Part shown: positions 45,340-54,590 of the stretch, piece by piece
Numbering within the stretch: position 1 is the stretch's first letter
How the letters are laid out: every line of letters starts with the position of its first letter
DNA from: an uncultured Gemmatimonadales bacterium
GTDB taxonomy: Bacteria; Gemmatimonadota; Gemmatimonadetes; Gemmatimonadales; GWC2-71-9
DNA: 64,000 bases
Assembly: GCA_963779755.1 (NCBI GenBank)
Contig: CAVZZO010000003.1
Coordinates: forward strand, 704,939 to 768,938
Reading direction: 5' to 3'
Program-made: the position numbers and the translations under genes
Notes under the pieces: model-generated
What the model saw: the letters and a program-made list of their open reading frames with translations, nothing else
Database searches by the model: none
Told to the model about the DNA's origin: nothing

Positions 45340-46398
45340 CTAGCAGATGCGGGGCAGCTGATCGCCGGGGAGCATGTCCACGATGCGCGAGCCGCCAACG
45401 GCGGTGCGCATGGTGACCAGCCCGGGGTGCGCCGGAACCACCCGGCCGATGGCCACCGCGCCCGCCCCCAGCCGGTGCCGCCGCAGCGCCCCCAGGGCAT
45501 CGTCGGCCAGCACGGCGGGGACGAAGGCCACCAGCACCCCCTCATTGGCCACGTAGAGCGGATCGAGCCCCAGCATTTCGCAGGCGGCGAGCACCGGCGC
45601 CGGCACCGGAATCGCCTCCTCGTCCAGCTCGATCCCCACCCCGCTCGCGGCGGCGATCTCGTTGAGCGCGCTGGCCACCCCCCCACGCGTCGGGTCGCGC
45701 AGTACGTGCACGGCCCCACCCAGGTGCTCCCGCAGCAACTCCACCAGGGGATACAGCGTGGCGCTGTCGCTCTCGATCTGGGCCTCGAACTCCAGCCCTT
45801 CGCGCGCGGCCATGATGGCCATGCCGTGGCGGCCCACCGGCCCGCTCACCAGCACCACGTCGCCCGCGCCGGCCCGGTCGGGGGCGGGCAGGAAATCGGG
45901 CCGCAGCAGGCCGATGCCGGTGGTGTTGATGAACATGCCGTCGGCCTTGCCCCGCTCCACCACCTTGGTATCGCCGGTCACCAGCGGAACGCCGGCCGCC
46001 CGGGCGGCCCCGGCCATGGCGGCGATGACGCGGTCCAGCACGTCGAAGGCAAGTCCTTCCTCCAGCACGAACCCGGCCGACAGGCTGTGCGGCGCCGCGC
46101 CCATCATGGCGATGTCGTTGAGCGTCCCGTGCACCGCCAGCGAGCCGATATTGCCTCCGGGAAACTCCAGCGGATGAACCACGAAGGTATCGGTGGAGAG
46201 CGCCACGCGCTCGCCTCCCAGCTCCAGCACCGCCGCATCTCCCAGGCGGGCCAGGGTGGGATTCTCGAAGTGCGGCAGAAAGCGATTCTTGAGCAGCGCG
46301 GCGCTCATCTTGCCACCCGAGCCGTGCCCCAGCTGGACCCGGTCGGTGGCGACGTGCGGCAGGGCGCACGTGATATTGGCGAGTCCGGACGAGGCCAT
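45340..46398 (-). CDS. hypE: Hydrogenase maturation protein HypE
   Basis: MASSGLANITCALP…HGSGG… with AIR-synthase-like domains and the characteristic C-terminal PRIC. Confidence 0.93.
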   Translation of the reverse strand: MASSGLANITCALPHVATDRVQLGHGSGGKMSAALLKNRFLPHFENPTLARLGDAAVLELGGERVALSTDTFVVHPLEFPGGNIGSLAVHGTLNDIAMMGAAPHSLSAGFVLEEGLAFDVLDRVIAAMAGAARAAGVPLVTGDTKVVERGKADGMFINTTGIGLLRPDFLPAPDRAGAGDVVLVSGPVGRHGMAIMAAREGLEFEAQIESDSATLYPLVELLREHLGGAVHVLRDPTRGGVASALNEIAAASGVGIELDEEAIPVPAPVLAACEMLGLDPLYVANEGVLVAFVPAVLADDALGALRRHRLGAGAVAIGRVVPAHPGLVTMRTAVGGSRIVDMLPGDQLPRIC

Positions 46399-46400
46399 GG

Positions 46401-47510
46401 TCACACCTCCCGCGGCGCCGCGTGGCGGAACCGGCCGTAGTTGTAGTAGGCGGCACAGGCGCCCTCCGAGCTTACCATCGGCGCGCCCAGGGGACGTTCC
46501 GGAGTGCAGACCGTCCCGAAGGCGGCGCACTGGAAGGGCTTGAGTTGCCCCCGCAGCACCTCGCCCGCCCGGCACGCCTCGGGCTCGGCCACCCGGATAT
46601 CGTCCAGCCTGAAGCGCATCTCGGCATCGAAATCGGCATACTCCTCGCGCAGGCCCAGGCCGCTCCGGGGGATCTCGCCGATGCCCCGCCACTTGCGGTC
46701 CACCAGCCGGAACACCTTCCTGACCAGATCGCGGGCCGGTTCGGTCCCGTTGCGGCGCACCGCGCGGACGTACTGGTTCTCGACCTCGTAGCGTCCCTCC
46801 TCCAGCTGCCGCACGGCCAGGTAGATGCCTTCCAGCAGATCCACGGGCTCGAAGCCGGTGACGACGATGGGCACCCGGTAGTGGGCCGCGATCGGCTCGT
46901 ACTCGGTCCAGCCCATTACGGTGCAGACGTGCCCCGCGGCGAGGAATCCCTGCACCCGGTTGTCGGGCGCGTCGAGGATGGCGGTCATGGCCGGTGGGAC
47001 GGTCACGTGGGAGACCAGCACGCTGAAGTTGCCGATGCCCAGCTCGCGGGCGCGCCAGACGGCCATGGCATTGGCCGGCGCGGTGGTCTCGAAGCCGACG
47101 GCGAAGAAGACGACCTGCTTCTCCGGGTTGCGGCGCGCCAGCTCCAGCGCATCCAGCGGAGAATAGACCACGCGCACCTGGCCGCCGAGAGCGCGGATCT
47201 GCTGCAGGTCGCACTCGCTGCCCGGCACCCGGAGCATGTCGCCGAAGGAGGTGAAGATCACGTCGGGCCGCTGGGCCAGCCGCAGCGCCTTGTCGATCTG
47301 CTCCAGCGGGGTGACGCAGACCGGGCAGCCGGGGCCATGAATCATCTCGACCGCGCCCTCCAGCAGCTCGTCCAGCCCCTGCCGCACAATCGTATGCGTC
47401 TGTCCCCCGCAGACCTCCATCAGCACCCAGGGCCGCGTCGCGGTCGCGCGGATCCGGCCGATGAGCCCCCGGGCGATGTCGCCGTCGCGATACTCGCTGA
47501 GATATTTCAT
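46401..47510 (-). CDS. hypD: Hydrogenase maturation protein HypD
   Basis: [20 protein letters not shown]…MEVCGGQTH…[11 protein letters not shown]…. Confidence 0.93.
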   Translation of the reverse strand: MKYLSEYRDGDIARGLIGRIRATATRPWVLMEVCGGQTHTIVRQGLDELLEGAVEMIHGPGCPVCVTPLEQIDKALRLAQRPDVIFTSFGDMLRVPGSECDLQQIRALGGQVRVVYSPLDALELARRNPEKQVVFFAVGFETTAPANAMAVWRARELGIGNFSVLVSHVTVPPAMTAILDAPDNRVQGFLAAGHVCTVMGWTEYEPIAAHYRVPIVVTGFEPVDLLEGIYLAVRQLEEGRYEVENQYVRAVRRNGTEPARDLVRKVFRLVDRKWRGIGEIPRSGLGLREEYADFDAEMRFRLDDIRVAEPEACRAGEVLRGQLKPFQCAAFGTVCTPERPLGAPMVSSEGACAAYYNYGRFRHAAPREV

Positions 47511-47800
47511 GGCTCGACCTCCGCCGCGCCCAGGCTCTGTTCCGCCACCTCTTTCATCCACTCCAATTCGTCGAGCTGGCTCATCTCCCGCAGCGCCTGG
47601 AAGGTCTTGCGTGCTTCTTCCTTGTCCACCAGGCTGATGGCGAAGCCGACATGGACGATGGCATAATCGCCCACCTTTGCCTCATCGGCCACATAGGCCA
47701 GACAGACCTCGCGGCGCACGCCGCCGAAGTCCACCATCCCCATGGGGAGGCCCCGATCCTCACGGATCTCTAGAATGCGGCCGGGGATGCCAAGACACAT
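47507..47800 (-). CDS. hypC: Hydrogenase maturation chaperone HypC
   Basis: N-terminal [12 protein letters not shown]…. ATGA overlap with hypD. Confidence 0.92.
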   Translation of the reverse strand: MCLGIPGRILEIREDRGLPMGMVDFGGVRREVCLAYVADEAKVGDYAIVHVGFAISLVDKEEARKTFQALREMSQLDELEWMKEVAEQSLGAAEVEP

Positions 47801-50160
47801 GGGTCCTCCTCACTGTGGGGAACGAGGCCGGCGCCGGCCCGGAGCCGGGCCGCCGCAATGGCTGCCTGGCCGTAACTGATGGCGCCGTCATTGGGGCTGA
47901 GCCGCCGGGGGAGCAGCACTTCCAGGCCCTGGTCACTGAGGCGCCGCCGGACCGAGGCAAGCAGCCGGGCGTTCTGGAACACGCCGCCCGCGAGCGCCAC
48001 GGTCCCGAGCCCGCTGATTTCGCAGGCACGCTCGACCATCCGGGCGGTGGCCCAGGCGACGGTCGCATGAAAATCGGCCGCGAGATCGGCGGGGTCGGCG
48101 CCGCTCTGCCGCCGCGTGCCGAGCCGGGCCAGGAGCGGCACCGGATCGAGCAGCAGCATGCCGTCCTGCTCCTCCAGGCGCAGCGGCAGCTCGGACGCGA
48201 TCCGCCGGCCCGCCAGGCTCTCCAGCTCCATCGCCGCCTGGCCTTCGTACTGGCCGGCGCGGCGGACACCGATCACGGCGGCGGCCGCGTCGAACAGCCG
48301 GCCCAGCGACGAGGCCAGGGGCGCGTTGATGCCGTGGCGCCCCTGGTATTCGGCCAGGGCCCGTTCGCGCGGGTCCACGCCCTCGAACGCCACCTGGAAG
48401 GCGGAGGCTACGTGCGGTTCCAGCAGCAGATACCCCAGCGCCGAGCGCCAGGGGTTCCGCGCGGCCAGGTCGCCGCCGGGCAGCGGCGCATAGCGCAGGT
48501 GGCCAACCCGCCGGTAGGTCAGCAGCCCGGCAATGAGGATCTCGCCGCCCCAGATATTGCCGTCGTCACCGTAGCCGGTCCCGTCGAAGGCGACTCCCAC
48601 CACCGGCCCTTCCCGCCCGTGCTCCGCCAGCACCGCGGCGATGTGGGCGTGGTGGTGCTGCACCGCGAGCACCTGACTCAGTCCGAGCTCGTCCGCGATG
48701 CGGGTCGAGAGATAGCCGGGGTGCAGGTCGCGCACCGCCACGACAGGATCGATGCGGAAAAGCGTGCGGTACCGCTCCAGGGTCGCCCGGAACTGCTCCA
48801 GCGTCTCCAGATTTTCCAGGTCGCCGATGTGCTGGCTCACCCAGGCGCGGCCGTCCTGCGCCAGCGTGAGCGTGTTCTTCAGGTGGGGGCCCACCGCGAC
48901 CAGCGGCACGGGGGCGGGCACCGGCAGGGGCAGCGGCAGCGGGGCGTAGCCCCGCGCGCGGCGCAGCATGATCGGCAGTCCGTCGGCCACCCGCAGAACC
49001 GAATCGTCGTAGCGGGAGATGATCTCCCGATCGTGCAGGAGGAAGGCGTCGGCGACCATTCCCAGCCGTTCGCGCGCCTCCGCGTTGCCCATGGCAATGG
49101 GCTCTTCGCTCAGGTTGCCGCTGGTCATGACCAGGGGGCGGCCGGCCAGATCCAGCAGCAGGTGGTGCAGCGGCGTATACGCCAGCATCACCCCTACCCA
49201 GCCCAGGCCGGGCGCCACCGACGGCGCCAGCCCGGCATCGGGCCGCCGCCGCAACAGCACGATGGGCCGCTCGGGGCCGGTGAGCAGCCCGGCCTCGAGC
49301 TCTCCAACCTCTCCCAGTTGCCGCGCCTGCTCCAGCGTGGCCACCATCACCGCCAGCGGTTTCGCCTCGCGGAGCTTGCGGCGTCGCAGCCGGCCGACCG
49401 CCGCCTCATCGGTGGCGTCGGCCGCCAGATGGAACCCGCCCAGCCCCCGCACCGCGACCACCCCGCCGCAGGCCAGGAGATCGGCCGCTGCACTGAGGGC
49501 CGCGTCGCCCCGCTCAGCCACCCCGTCCCGGCCGGGGTATTCCAGCCAGAGCCGGGGGCCGCACACGGGACAGCTATTCGTTTCCGAGTGATAGCGGCGA
49601 TCGCCGGAGGCGTGGTACTCCGCCAGGCAGGCGGGGCACTGCTGGAAGGCCCGCATGCTGGTCCGCTCCCGGTCGTACGGCATGGCCTCGATCACGGTGA
49701 AGCGGGGGCCGCAGTCGGTGCAGGTAATGAAAGGATAGCGGTAGCGCCGGTTGGCGGGGTTGCGCAACTCGCCCCGGCAGGCGCCGCAGAGCGCCACGTC
49801 GGGCGAGACCGGCTGCCGGCGCCCGGGCTCGTCCACGCTTCCCAGGATTTGGAAGCTGCCCCGACCCTCCGGCTGGCATGCCTGGGCGGCGATCTGCTCG
49901 ATCTGCGCCAGGGGCGGCGCCCTGCCCCGCAGGTCGCGCACGAAGCGCTCCAGCGCGCCGGCCTCGCCCTCGATCAGGATCTCCACGTCGCCGGCGGCGT
50001 TGCGCACAAAACCGGCCAGCCCATGCTCCAGCGCCAGCCGGTGCACGAAGGGGCGGAAGCCCACCCCCTGCACTACGCCTTCGACGTGGAGGCAGAGCGC
50101 GCGGGCGGCGTTCAGACTGTCGCCGGCGTCCGGACGGACCGCTTCAGGAAGTGGTACCAC
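47770..50160 (-). CDS. hypF: Carbamoyltransferase HypF
   Basis: Acylphosphatase domain (VEGVVQGVGFRPFVHRLA). Two CxxC zinc-finger pairs (CGACRGEL…CTDCGPRF; CPACLAEY…CPVCGP). YrdC and Kae1-like domains. GTG start. Confidence 0.93.
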   Translation of the reverse strand: MVPLPEAVRPDAGDSLNAARALCLHVEGVVQGVGFRPFVHRLALEHGLAGFVRNAAGDVEILIEGEAGALERFVRDLRGRAPPLAQIEQIAAQACQPEGRGSFQILGSVDEPGRRQPVSPDVALCGACRGELRNPANRRYRYPFITCTDCGPRFTVIEAMPYDRERTSMRAFQQCPACLAEYHASGDRRYHSETNSCPVCGPRLWLEYPGRDGVAERGDAALSAAADLLACGGVVAVRGLGGFHLAADATDEAAVGRLRRRKLREAKPLAVMVATLEQARQLGEVGELEAGLLTGPERPIVLLRRRPDAGLAPSVAPGLGWVGVMLAYTPLHHLLLDLAGRPLVMTSGNLSEEPIAMGNAEARERLGMVADAFLLHDREIISRYDDSVLRVADGLPIMLRRARGYAPLPLPLPVPAPVPLVAVGPHLKNTLTLAQDGRAWVSQHIGDLENLETLEQFRATLERYRTLFRIDPVVAVRDLHPGYLSTRIADELGLSQVLAVQHHHAHIAAVLAEHGREGPVVGVAFDGTGYGDDGNIWGGEILIAGLLTYRRVGHLRYAPLPGGDLAARNPWRSALGYLLLEPHVASAFQVAFEGVDPRERALAEYQGRHGINAPLASSLGRLFDAAAAVIGVRRAGQYEGQAAMELESLAGRRIASELPLRLEEQDGMLLLDPVPLLARLGTRRQSGADPADLAADFHATVAWATARMVERACEISGLGTVALAGGVFQNARLLASVRRRLSDQGLEVLLPRRLSPNDGAISYGQAAIAAARLRAGAGLVPHSEEDPCVLASPAAF

Positions 50161-50783
50161 TGATCCAGCCCTTCGCCGCTGACCGCGGAGGTGAAGAAGA
50201 ACACCAGATCGGGATTGATCTGGCGGGCATAGGCCACGGCGCGCTCTACGTCGAACGGCACGTAAGGCAGCAGGTCGATCTTGGTGAGCACCGCGTGCGA
50301 CGCCTCGCGGAACATCTTGGGGTATTTGAGCGGCTTGTCCTCGCCCTCGGTGACCGACAGGAGAACGATCTTGCCGTCCTCGCCCAGGTCCCAGCTCGCC
50401 GGACAGACCAGGTTGCCGACGTTCTCGATGAAGAGCAGCCGCGTCTCCTCGAGGTCCATGGCGCTCAGCGCCGTCTCGATCTGCAGGGCGTCCAGGTGGC
50501 AGGCGCCCCCGGTGACCACGGCCTGCACCAGCCGGTCGGTGTGCCGGGCGAGCCGGTCGGCGTCGTTCTGGGTCTGCACATCCCCGGTCACCACTGCGAT
50601 GGCCAGGTCGGGGCCCAGGTCCGCCAGGGTACGCTCCAGCAGGGCGGTCTTTCCCGACCCCGGCGAAGACACCAGGTTGAAGGTGGTGACGCCGGCCGCC
50701 CGGAGCCGCTCGCGCACCCGGGCCGCGTATTCGTCGTTCTTGGCCATCACCCGTTCCCGCACATCGATGGTCTTGACCGCCAT
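50112..50783 (-). CDS. hypB: Hydrogenase nickel-incorporation GTPase HypB
   Basis: …VSSPGSGKTALLERTL…NVGNLVCPA…TKIDLLPY…. No His-rich stretch. Confidence 0.92.
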   Translation of the reverse strand: MAVKTIDVRERVMAKNDEYAARVRERLRAAGVTTFNLVSSPGSGKTALLERTLADLGPDLAIAVVTGDVQTQNDADRLARHTDRLVQAVVTGGACHLDALQIETALSAMDLEETRLLFIENVGNLVCPASWDLGEDGKIVLLSVTEGEDKPLKYPKMFREASHAVLTKIDLLPYVPFDVERAVAYARQINPDLVFFFTSAVSGEGLDQWYHFLKRSVRTPATV

Positions 50784-50801
50784 GCCTGCCTCCTCAAGAC
50801 A

Positions 50802-50829
50802 GCGGCCGGCCCTGGTACGGGCCGGCCGC
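50802..50829 (-). terminator. GC hairpin between the cytochrome gene and hypB
   Basis: GCGGCCGGCC (50802-50811) with GGCCGGCCGC (50820-50829), 8-nt loop. Confidence 0.4.
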
Positions 50830-50841
50830 GGGTATACCCGG

Positions 50842-51309
50842 TTACCGGCTCTGGTCCTTCACCACCAGCCGGTAGGTCGTATGACAGGCCACACACCGGT
50901 AGGTGATAGTCGCCAGCCGTGCGATCACGCTGTCCTGCGTCAGGCCGCGCTGGGCATCCGCCGCCAGCGCGTCGAACGCCTGGTGCGTACCGACGCCCAG
51001 CTCCAGAAATTCGCGCGGCAGCGTGCGCCGCACGCCGGGGTCTCCTTCCATGGCGGCGCTGCGGCCGGCCGAGGCGGCGGCCTCACTCACCTGGGTCTGG
51101 TTCCCCGCGGTCAGCCCCTCCAGCACCCCGTGGGTGGCGGCCAGAAGCCCGCGCATCTCCGCCAGCACCGCGTTGCGCTGCGCCTCGCTCAGTTCCACCG
51201 GCGTCCGATAGTCCGCGGTGTCGGCCGGCACGGCGCTGGCCCGTCCCGGCTTGCTCCCGGCCAGCGCCAGCGCGCCGGTGGCGATTCCCAGCAGGAGCAT
51301 TCCCTTCAT
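50842..51309 (-). CDS. Class II (cytochrome c'-like four-helix-bundle type) c-type cytochrome
   Basis: Signal peptide. The mature part is about 125 aa with a single CVACH heme motif close to the C-terminus. Confidence 0.65.
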   Translation of the reverse strand: MKGMLLLGIATGALALAGSKPGRASAVPADTADYRTPVELSEAQRNAVLAEMRGLLAATHGVLEGLTAGNQTQVSEAAASAGRSAAMEGDPGVRRTLPREFLELGVGTHQAFDALAADAQRGLTQDSVIARLATITYRCVACHTTYRLVVKDQSR

Positions 51310-51310
51310 T

Positions 51311-51604
51311 TCAGGCCGCAACATGGGACTCCTCACTTTCTGAGGCGGTTTCCGGCCGCCCGTCGTCCAGTTCGAGCCAGGCGAGCCGGAGCACGTCCCC
51401 GGGCAGACGCTGGATCAGGGGGCGGGCTCCCCGGAACGGGGGCTGGTGCAGCAAAGCCTCCAGGCAGAACTCGAAGTTCGCCGGCTCCAGGCCGGTGTCG
51501 TCCCCGATCTCGACGGCCACAGTGACCAACTGGGCCAGCTGGTCCGGCGTGAGCCGCTCCTCCGCCATGCGGCAGACCTCGAGCGCCAGGCTCATCTCAT
51601 GCAC
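51311..51604 (-). CDS. hypA: HypA-like protein lacking the zinc-ribbon module
   Basis: GTG start gives MHEMSLALEVCRMAEERL… (the MHE nickel-site N-terminus). There is no CxxC…CxxC motif. About 97 aa. Confidence 0.6.
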   Translation of the reverse strand: MHEMSLALEVCRMAEERLTPDQLAQLVTVAVEIGDDTGLEPANFEFCLEALLHQPPFRGARPLIQRLPGDVLRLAWLELDDGRPETASESEESHVAA

Positions 51605-52109
51605 GGACCGCCGCCTCCCGCGGCCGGCAGGGATGGCCCCAGGCGTCGAGGCGCGCGACGGCCCGTTCCACCAGGGCATCGATCCTCGACTCCAGGAGCG
51701 GACTGAGACTGGTAGACATCTCGATCAGGTCGGGTTGGAGGCCGAGAGCCACGATGCGCTGCGGCAGCGTGCCCCGCAGCTCCATGAGCGCCAGGACCTC
51801 GCGCAGGTCGATCTGGTGGGGCGACAGTTTCAGCGAGAAGTACCTCGGCAGGTCGGCCCGTTCCAGCGTGATCTCCGTCCCCGGCGCCTGCCTGGCGTTG
51901 ATGGCGTCGAGGAACAGCACCGCCTCCGCCTCCTCCAGCTGGTGGAGGAGATTCATGCCCCAGGTGCCGCCGTCCACCAGCTCCACCTCCGGCGGGACGA
52001 CCCAGGTCTCCTCCAGGCGCGCCAGCGCCCGGAGTCCCACGCCGTCATCGGCCATGAGCGGATTGCCCAGGCCGATGACGAGCGTGCGGCGTCCGCCATC
52101 CTCACTCAT
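51597..52109 (-). CDS. Hydrogenase maturation endopeptidase (HyaD/HupD/HoxM family)
   Basis: …TLVIGLGNPLMADDGVGLRALARLEE…. Confidence 0.9.
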   Translation of the reverse strand: MSEDGGRRTLVIGLGNPLMADDGVGLRALARLEETWVVPPEVELVDGGTWGMNLLHQLEEAEAVLFLDAINARQAPGTEITLERADLPRYFSLKLSPHQIDLREVLALMELRGTLPQRIVALGLQPDLIEMSTSLSPLLESRIDALVERAVARLDAWGHPCRPREAAVRA

Positions 52110-52863
52110 CGATGAACTCCTCGTCGCTCGGAATCCAGCGGCCGCCGCTGATGATCGACGAGACGGCGCCGGTACGTTCCATGAGGTCGGCCCGGAGCGC
52201 GAGATAGACGTGAATCGGAATGAAGATGAGGAACGCCCAGGTCAGCACGTGATGCAGGAAGCGAACGTTCTGCATGCCGCCCATGAACGGCCCCAGCCAG
52301 CCGAATACCTGGAAGAAGAACCCGCCGGGATTCGACTGGCCGTACAGGGCAAAGCCGGTGACGGCCATGACCAGCGCCAGCAGATACACGCCGGTGTAGC
52401 TGAGCTGCTGCAGCGGATTGTGCCCCAGATAATGGGGCGCCTTCTCCGGCCTGATCATCAGGTAGAACTTTACCTGCCGCCACATGTTGGCCCAGTCGCG
52501 GCCGCGGAGCGGGAACAGGGCGCGGAGCCGTTCGAAGCGGTTCCCCGCGAACAGCCAGTAGACCCGGACGATGCCGGTCGCCACCAGCACGGCCGCCGCG
52601 GAGAAGTGAATGAACCGCATCCACCCCATGAGGTAGTGGCTGCTGGCTTCGCCCGTGGTCAGGAAATAGGGCTTGCCGATATACAGGCCGGTCACCACCA
52701 GCGCCACGATCGACGCCACCGCGGCCCAGTGCATGGCGCGGATGGGCCAGCCCCAGAGATACACCCATTCGTACCTCCCCTGGCGATGCGCCAGGGGACG
52801 CCCCAGATGCAGATGCTCCGGCGGCGGCGTGGCCTGCCGGGGCTCCTGGCTCATGGTGGTCAT
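52102..52863 (-). CDS. [NiFe] hydrogenase b-type cytochrome subunit (HyaC/HupC family)
   Basis: …IRAMHWAAVASIVALVVTGLYIG…HFSAAAVL…. Four TM helices with conserved His residues. Confidence 0.88.
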   Translation of the reverse strand: MTTMSQEPRQATPPPEHLHLGRPLAHRQGRYEWVYLWGWPIRAMHWAAVASIVALVVTGLYIGKPYFLTTGEASSHYLMGWMRFIHFSAAAVLVATGIVRVYWLFAGNRFERLRALFPLRGRDWANMWRQVKFYLMIRPEKAPHYLGHNPLQQLSYTGVYLLALVMAVTGFALYGQSNPGGFFFQVFGWLGPFMGGMQNVRFLHHVLTWAFLIFIPIHVYLALRADLMERTGAVSSIISGGRWIPSDEEFIDE

Positions 52864-54575
52864 TGGATCTTGACCTCCGTGACCGGATTGCCCGATGCGT
52901 CCAGCACGTGCACCCCGCAGGCGATGCAGGGATCGAACGAGTGGATGGTCCGGAGGATCTCCAGCGGCTGATCCGGCTTCACCAGCGGATGGTTATCCAT
53001 CAGCGCCGCCTCGTACGGGCCGGGCTGGCCCTGAGCATCGCGCGGCGACGCGTTCCAGGTGCTGGGCACCACACACTGGTAGCGGGAGATCTTGCCGTCA
53101 TCGATCTGGACCCAGTGGCCCAGCGCGCCCCGCGGAGCATCGAGGTAGCCGTATCCCTGGGCCGTCTTGGGCCAGGTGGACGGATCCCACTTGCTGGCGG
53201 TAAAGGTCTGGGTGTCGCCGCTCCGGATCCGGGTCACCAGCGCGTCGTACCAGTCGTTCATCTTCCGGGCGAGGAGCACCGTTTCGATCCCGCGGGCGGC
53301 GGTACGGCCCAGGGTGGAAAAGAGCGCCGCCGGCCCGACCTGCAACCGCCCCAGCGCTTCGCCCACCAGCGCCTTGGCGCCCTCATGGCCCGAGGCGTAG
53401 GCCACCAGCATGCGGGACAGCGGCCCCACCTGCATGGGCTTGCCCTCGTAGCGCGGCGACTTCATCCAGGTGTACTTGTCCAGGTCCTGCAGGTACTGCC
53501 AGGGCGGCGGCGGCCCGGTGTACTTGGCCTTGGTCTCGCCCTCATAGGGGTGCAGCCCCGCCTCGGCGCCCTTGGAGTACTCGTACCAGGAACTGTGGAT
53601 GTACTCCTTGACCTTGTTCTGGTCGTAGGGCACGACCTTGCTGAGGTCGTTGTTCAGGATGATGCCGCGGGGGAAGTACAGGCTGTCGAGGTCCCGTACG
53701 TCGGTTTCGGGGAACTCGCCCACCGCCAGATGGTTCGGCACCCCGCCCCCGATCGCCCCCCAGTCCTTGTAGAAGCCGGCGATGGCCAGCAGGTCGGGCC
53801 AGTACACCTGTTCCACGAAAGTCTGCGCCCGGGTGATCATGTCCCGGATGTCGGTGAGCCGCTCGGTGTTGATGGTCTCGGTGTCGTTCAGGTTGATGGC
53901 CGAGGCCATGCCGCCCACCAGAAAGTTGGGGTGCGGATTCTTGCCCCCGAAGACGGTGTGCAGCCGGATGACGTCCCGCTGCCAGTCCAGCGCCTCCAAG
54001 TAGTGTCCCACCGCCATCAGGTTGGCTTCCGGCGGCAGCTTGTAGGCCGGGTGGCCCCAGTAGCCGTTGCTGAAGATCCCCAGCTGGCCGCCGCTCACGA
54101 ACTTCTTGAGCTTGTCCTGCAGCGCCTGATAGTAGGTCTCGGAGTTATTGGGCCAGGGCGAGACGGACCGCGCCAGGCGGGAGGTGGCGGCGGGATCGGC
54201 GCTCAGCGCGCTCACCACATCCACCCAGTCCAGCGCGTGCAGGTGATAGAAGTGAATGACGTGATCCTGGATAAACTGCATCCCGTGGATCAGGTTGCGG
54301 ATGGTATTGGCGTTGGGTGGAATGCGGATATCGAGCGCATCCTCCACCGCGCGGCAGGAGGCGACGGCGTGGACCACGGTACACACGCCGCAGATGCGCT
54401 GGGTGAAGGCCCAGGCATCGCGCGGGTCGCGGTCCTGCATGATGATCTCGATACCCCGGAACTGAGTGGCGGAGGCCCAGGCTTTGCCGATCATGCCGTT
54501 CTCGGCCTGCGCTTCGATCCGAAGATGCCCTTCGATCCGGGTGATCGGATCCACGACGACTTTGGTCTTGGCCAT
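52860..54575 (-). CDS. [NiFe] hydrogenase large subunit (group 1, membrane-bound uptake type)
   Basis: DPITRIEGHLRIE, RICGVCTVVH, and C-terminal DPCIACGVH followed by a 15-aa cleavable extension. Confidence 0.95.
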   Translation of the reverse strand: MAKTKVVVDPITRIEGHLRIEAQAENGMIGKAWASATQFRGIEIIMQDRDPRDAWAFTQRICGVCTVVHAVASCRAVEDALDIRIPPNANTIRNLIHGMQFIQDHVIHFYHLHALDWVDVVSALSADPAATSRLARSVSPWPNNSETYYQALQDKLKKFVSGGQLGIFSNGYWGHPAYKLPPEANLMAVGHYLEALDWQRDVIRLHTVFGGKNPHPNFLVGGMASAINLNDTETINTERLTDIRDMITRAQTFVEQVYWPDLLAIAGFYKDWGAIGGGVPNHLAVGEFPETDVRDLDSLYFPRGIILNNDLSKVVPYDQNKVKEYIHSSWYEYSKGAEAGLHPYEGETKAKYTGPPPPWQYLQDLDKYTWMKSPRYEGKPMQVGPLSRMLVAYASGHEGAKALVGEALGRLQVGPAALFSTLGRTAARGIETVLLARKMNDWYDALVTRIRSGDTQTFTASKWDPSTWPKTAQGYGYLDAPRGALGHWVQIDDGKISRYQCVVPSTWNASPRDAQGQPGPYEAALMDNHPLVKPDQPLEILRTIHSFDPCIACGVHVLDASGNPVTEVKIQ

Positions 54576-54590
54576 GGCTTCGGATCTCCC

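Noticed and set aside
45340-47214. A 624-aa ORF fusing hypE with upstream sequence.
   Set aside because: The HypE sequence begins at the ATG at 46398. The extension overlaps hypD in another frame and has shadow-ORF composition.
52860-54575. Possibility of a [NiFeSe] hydrogenase with in-frame TGA recoding in the large subunit.
   Set aside because: The ORF is uninterrupted and the C-terminal motif is DPCIACGVH with Cys at the relevant position.
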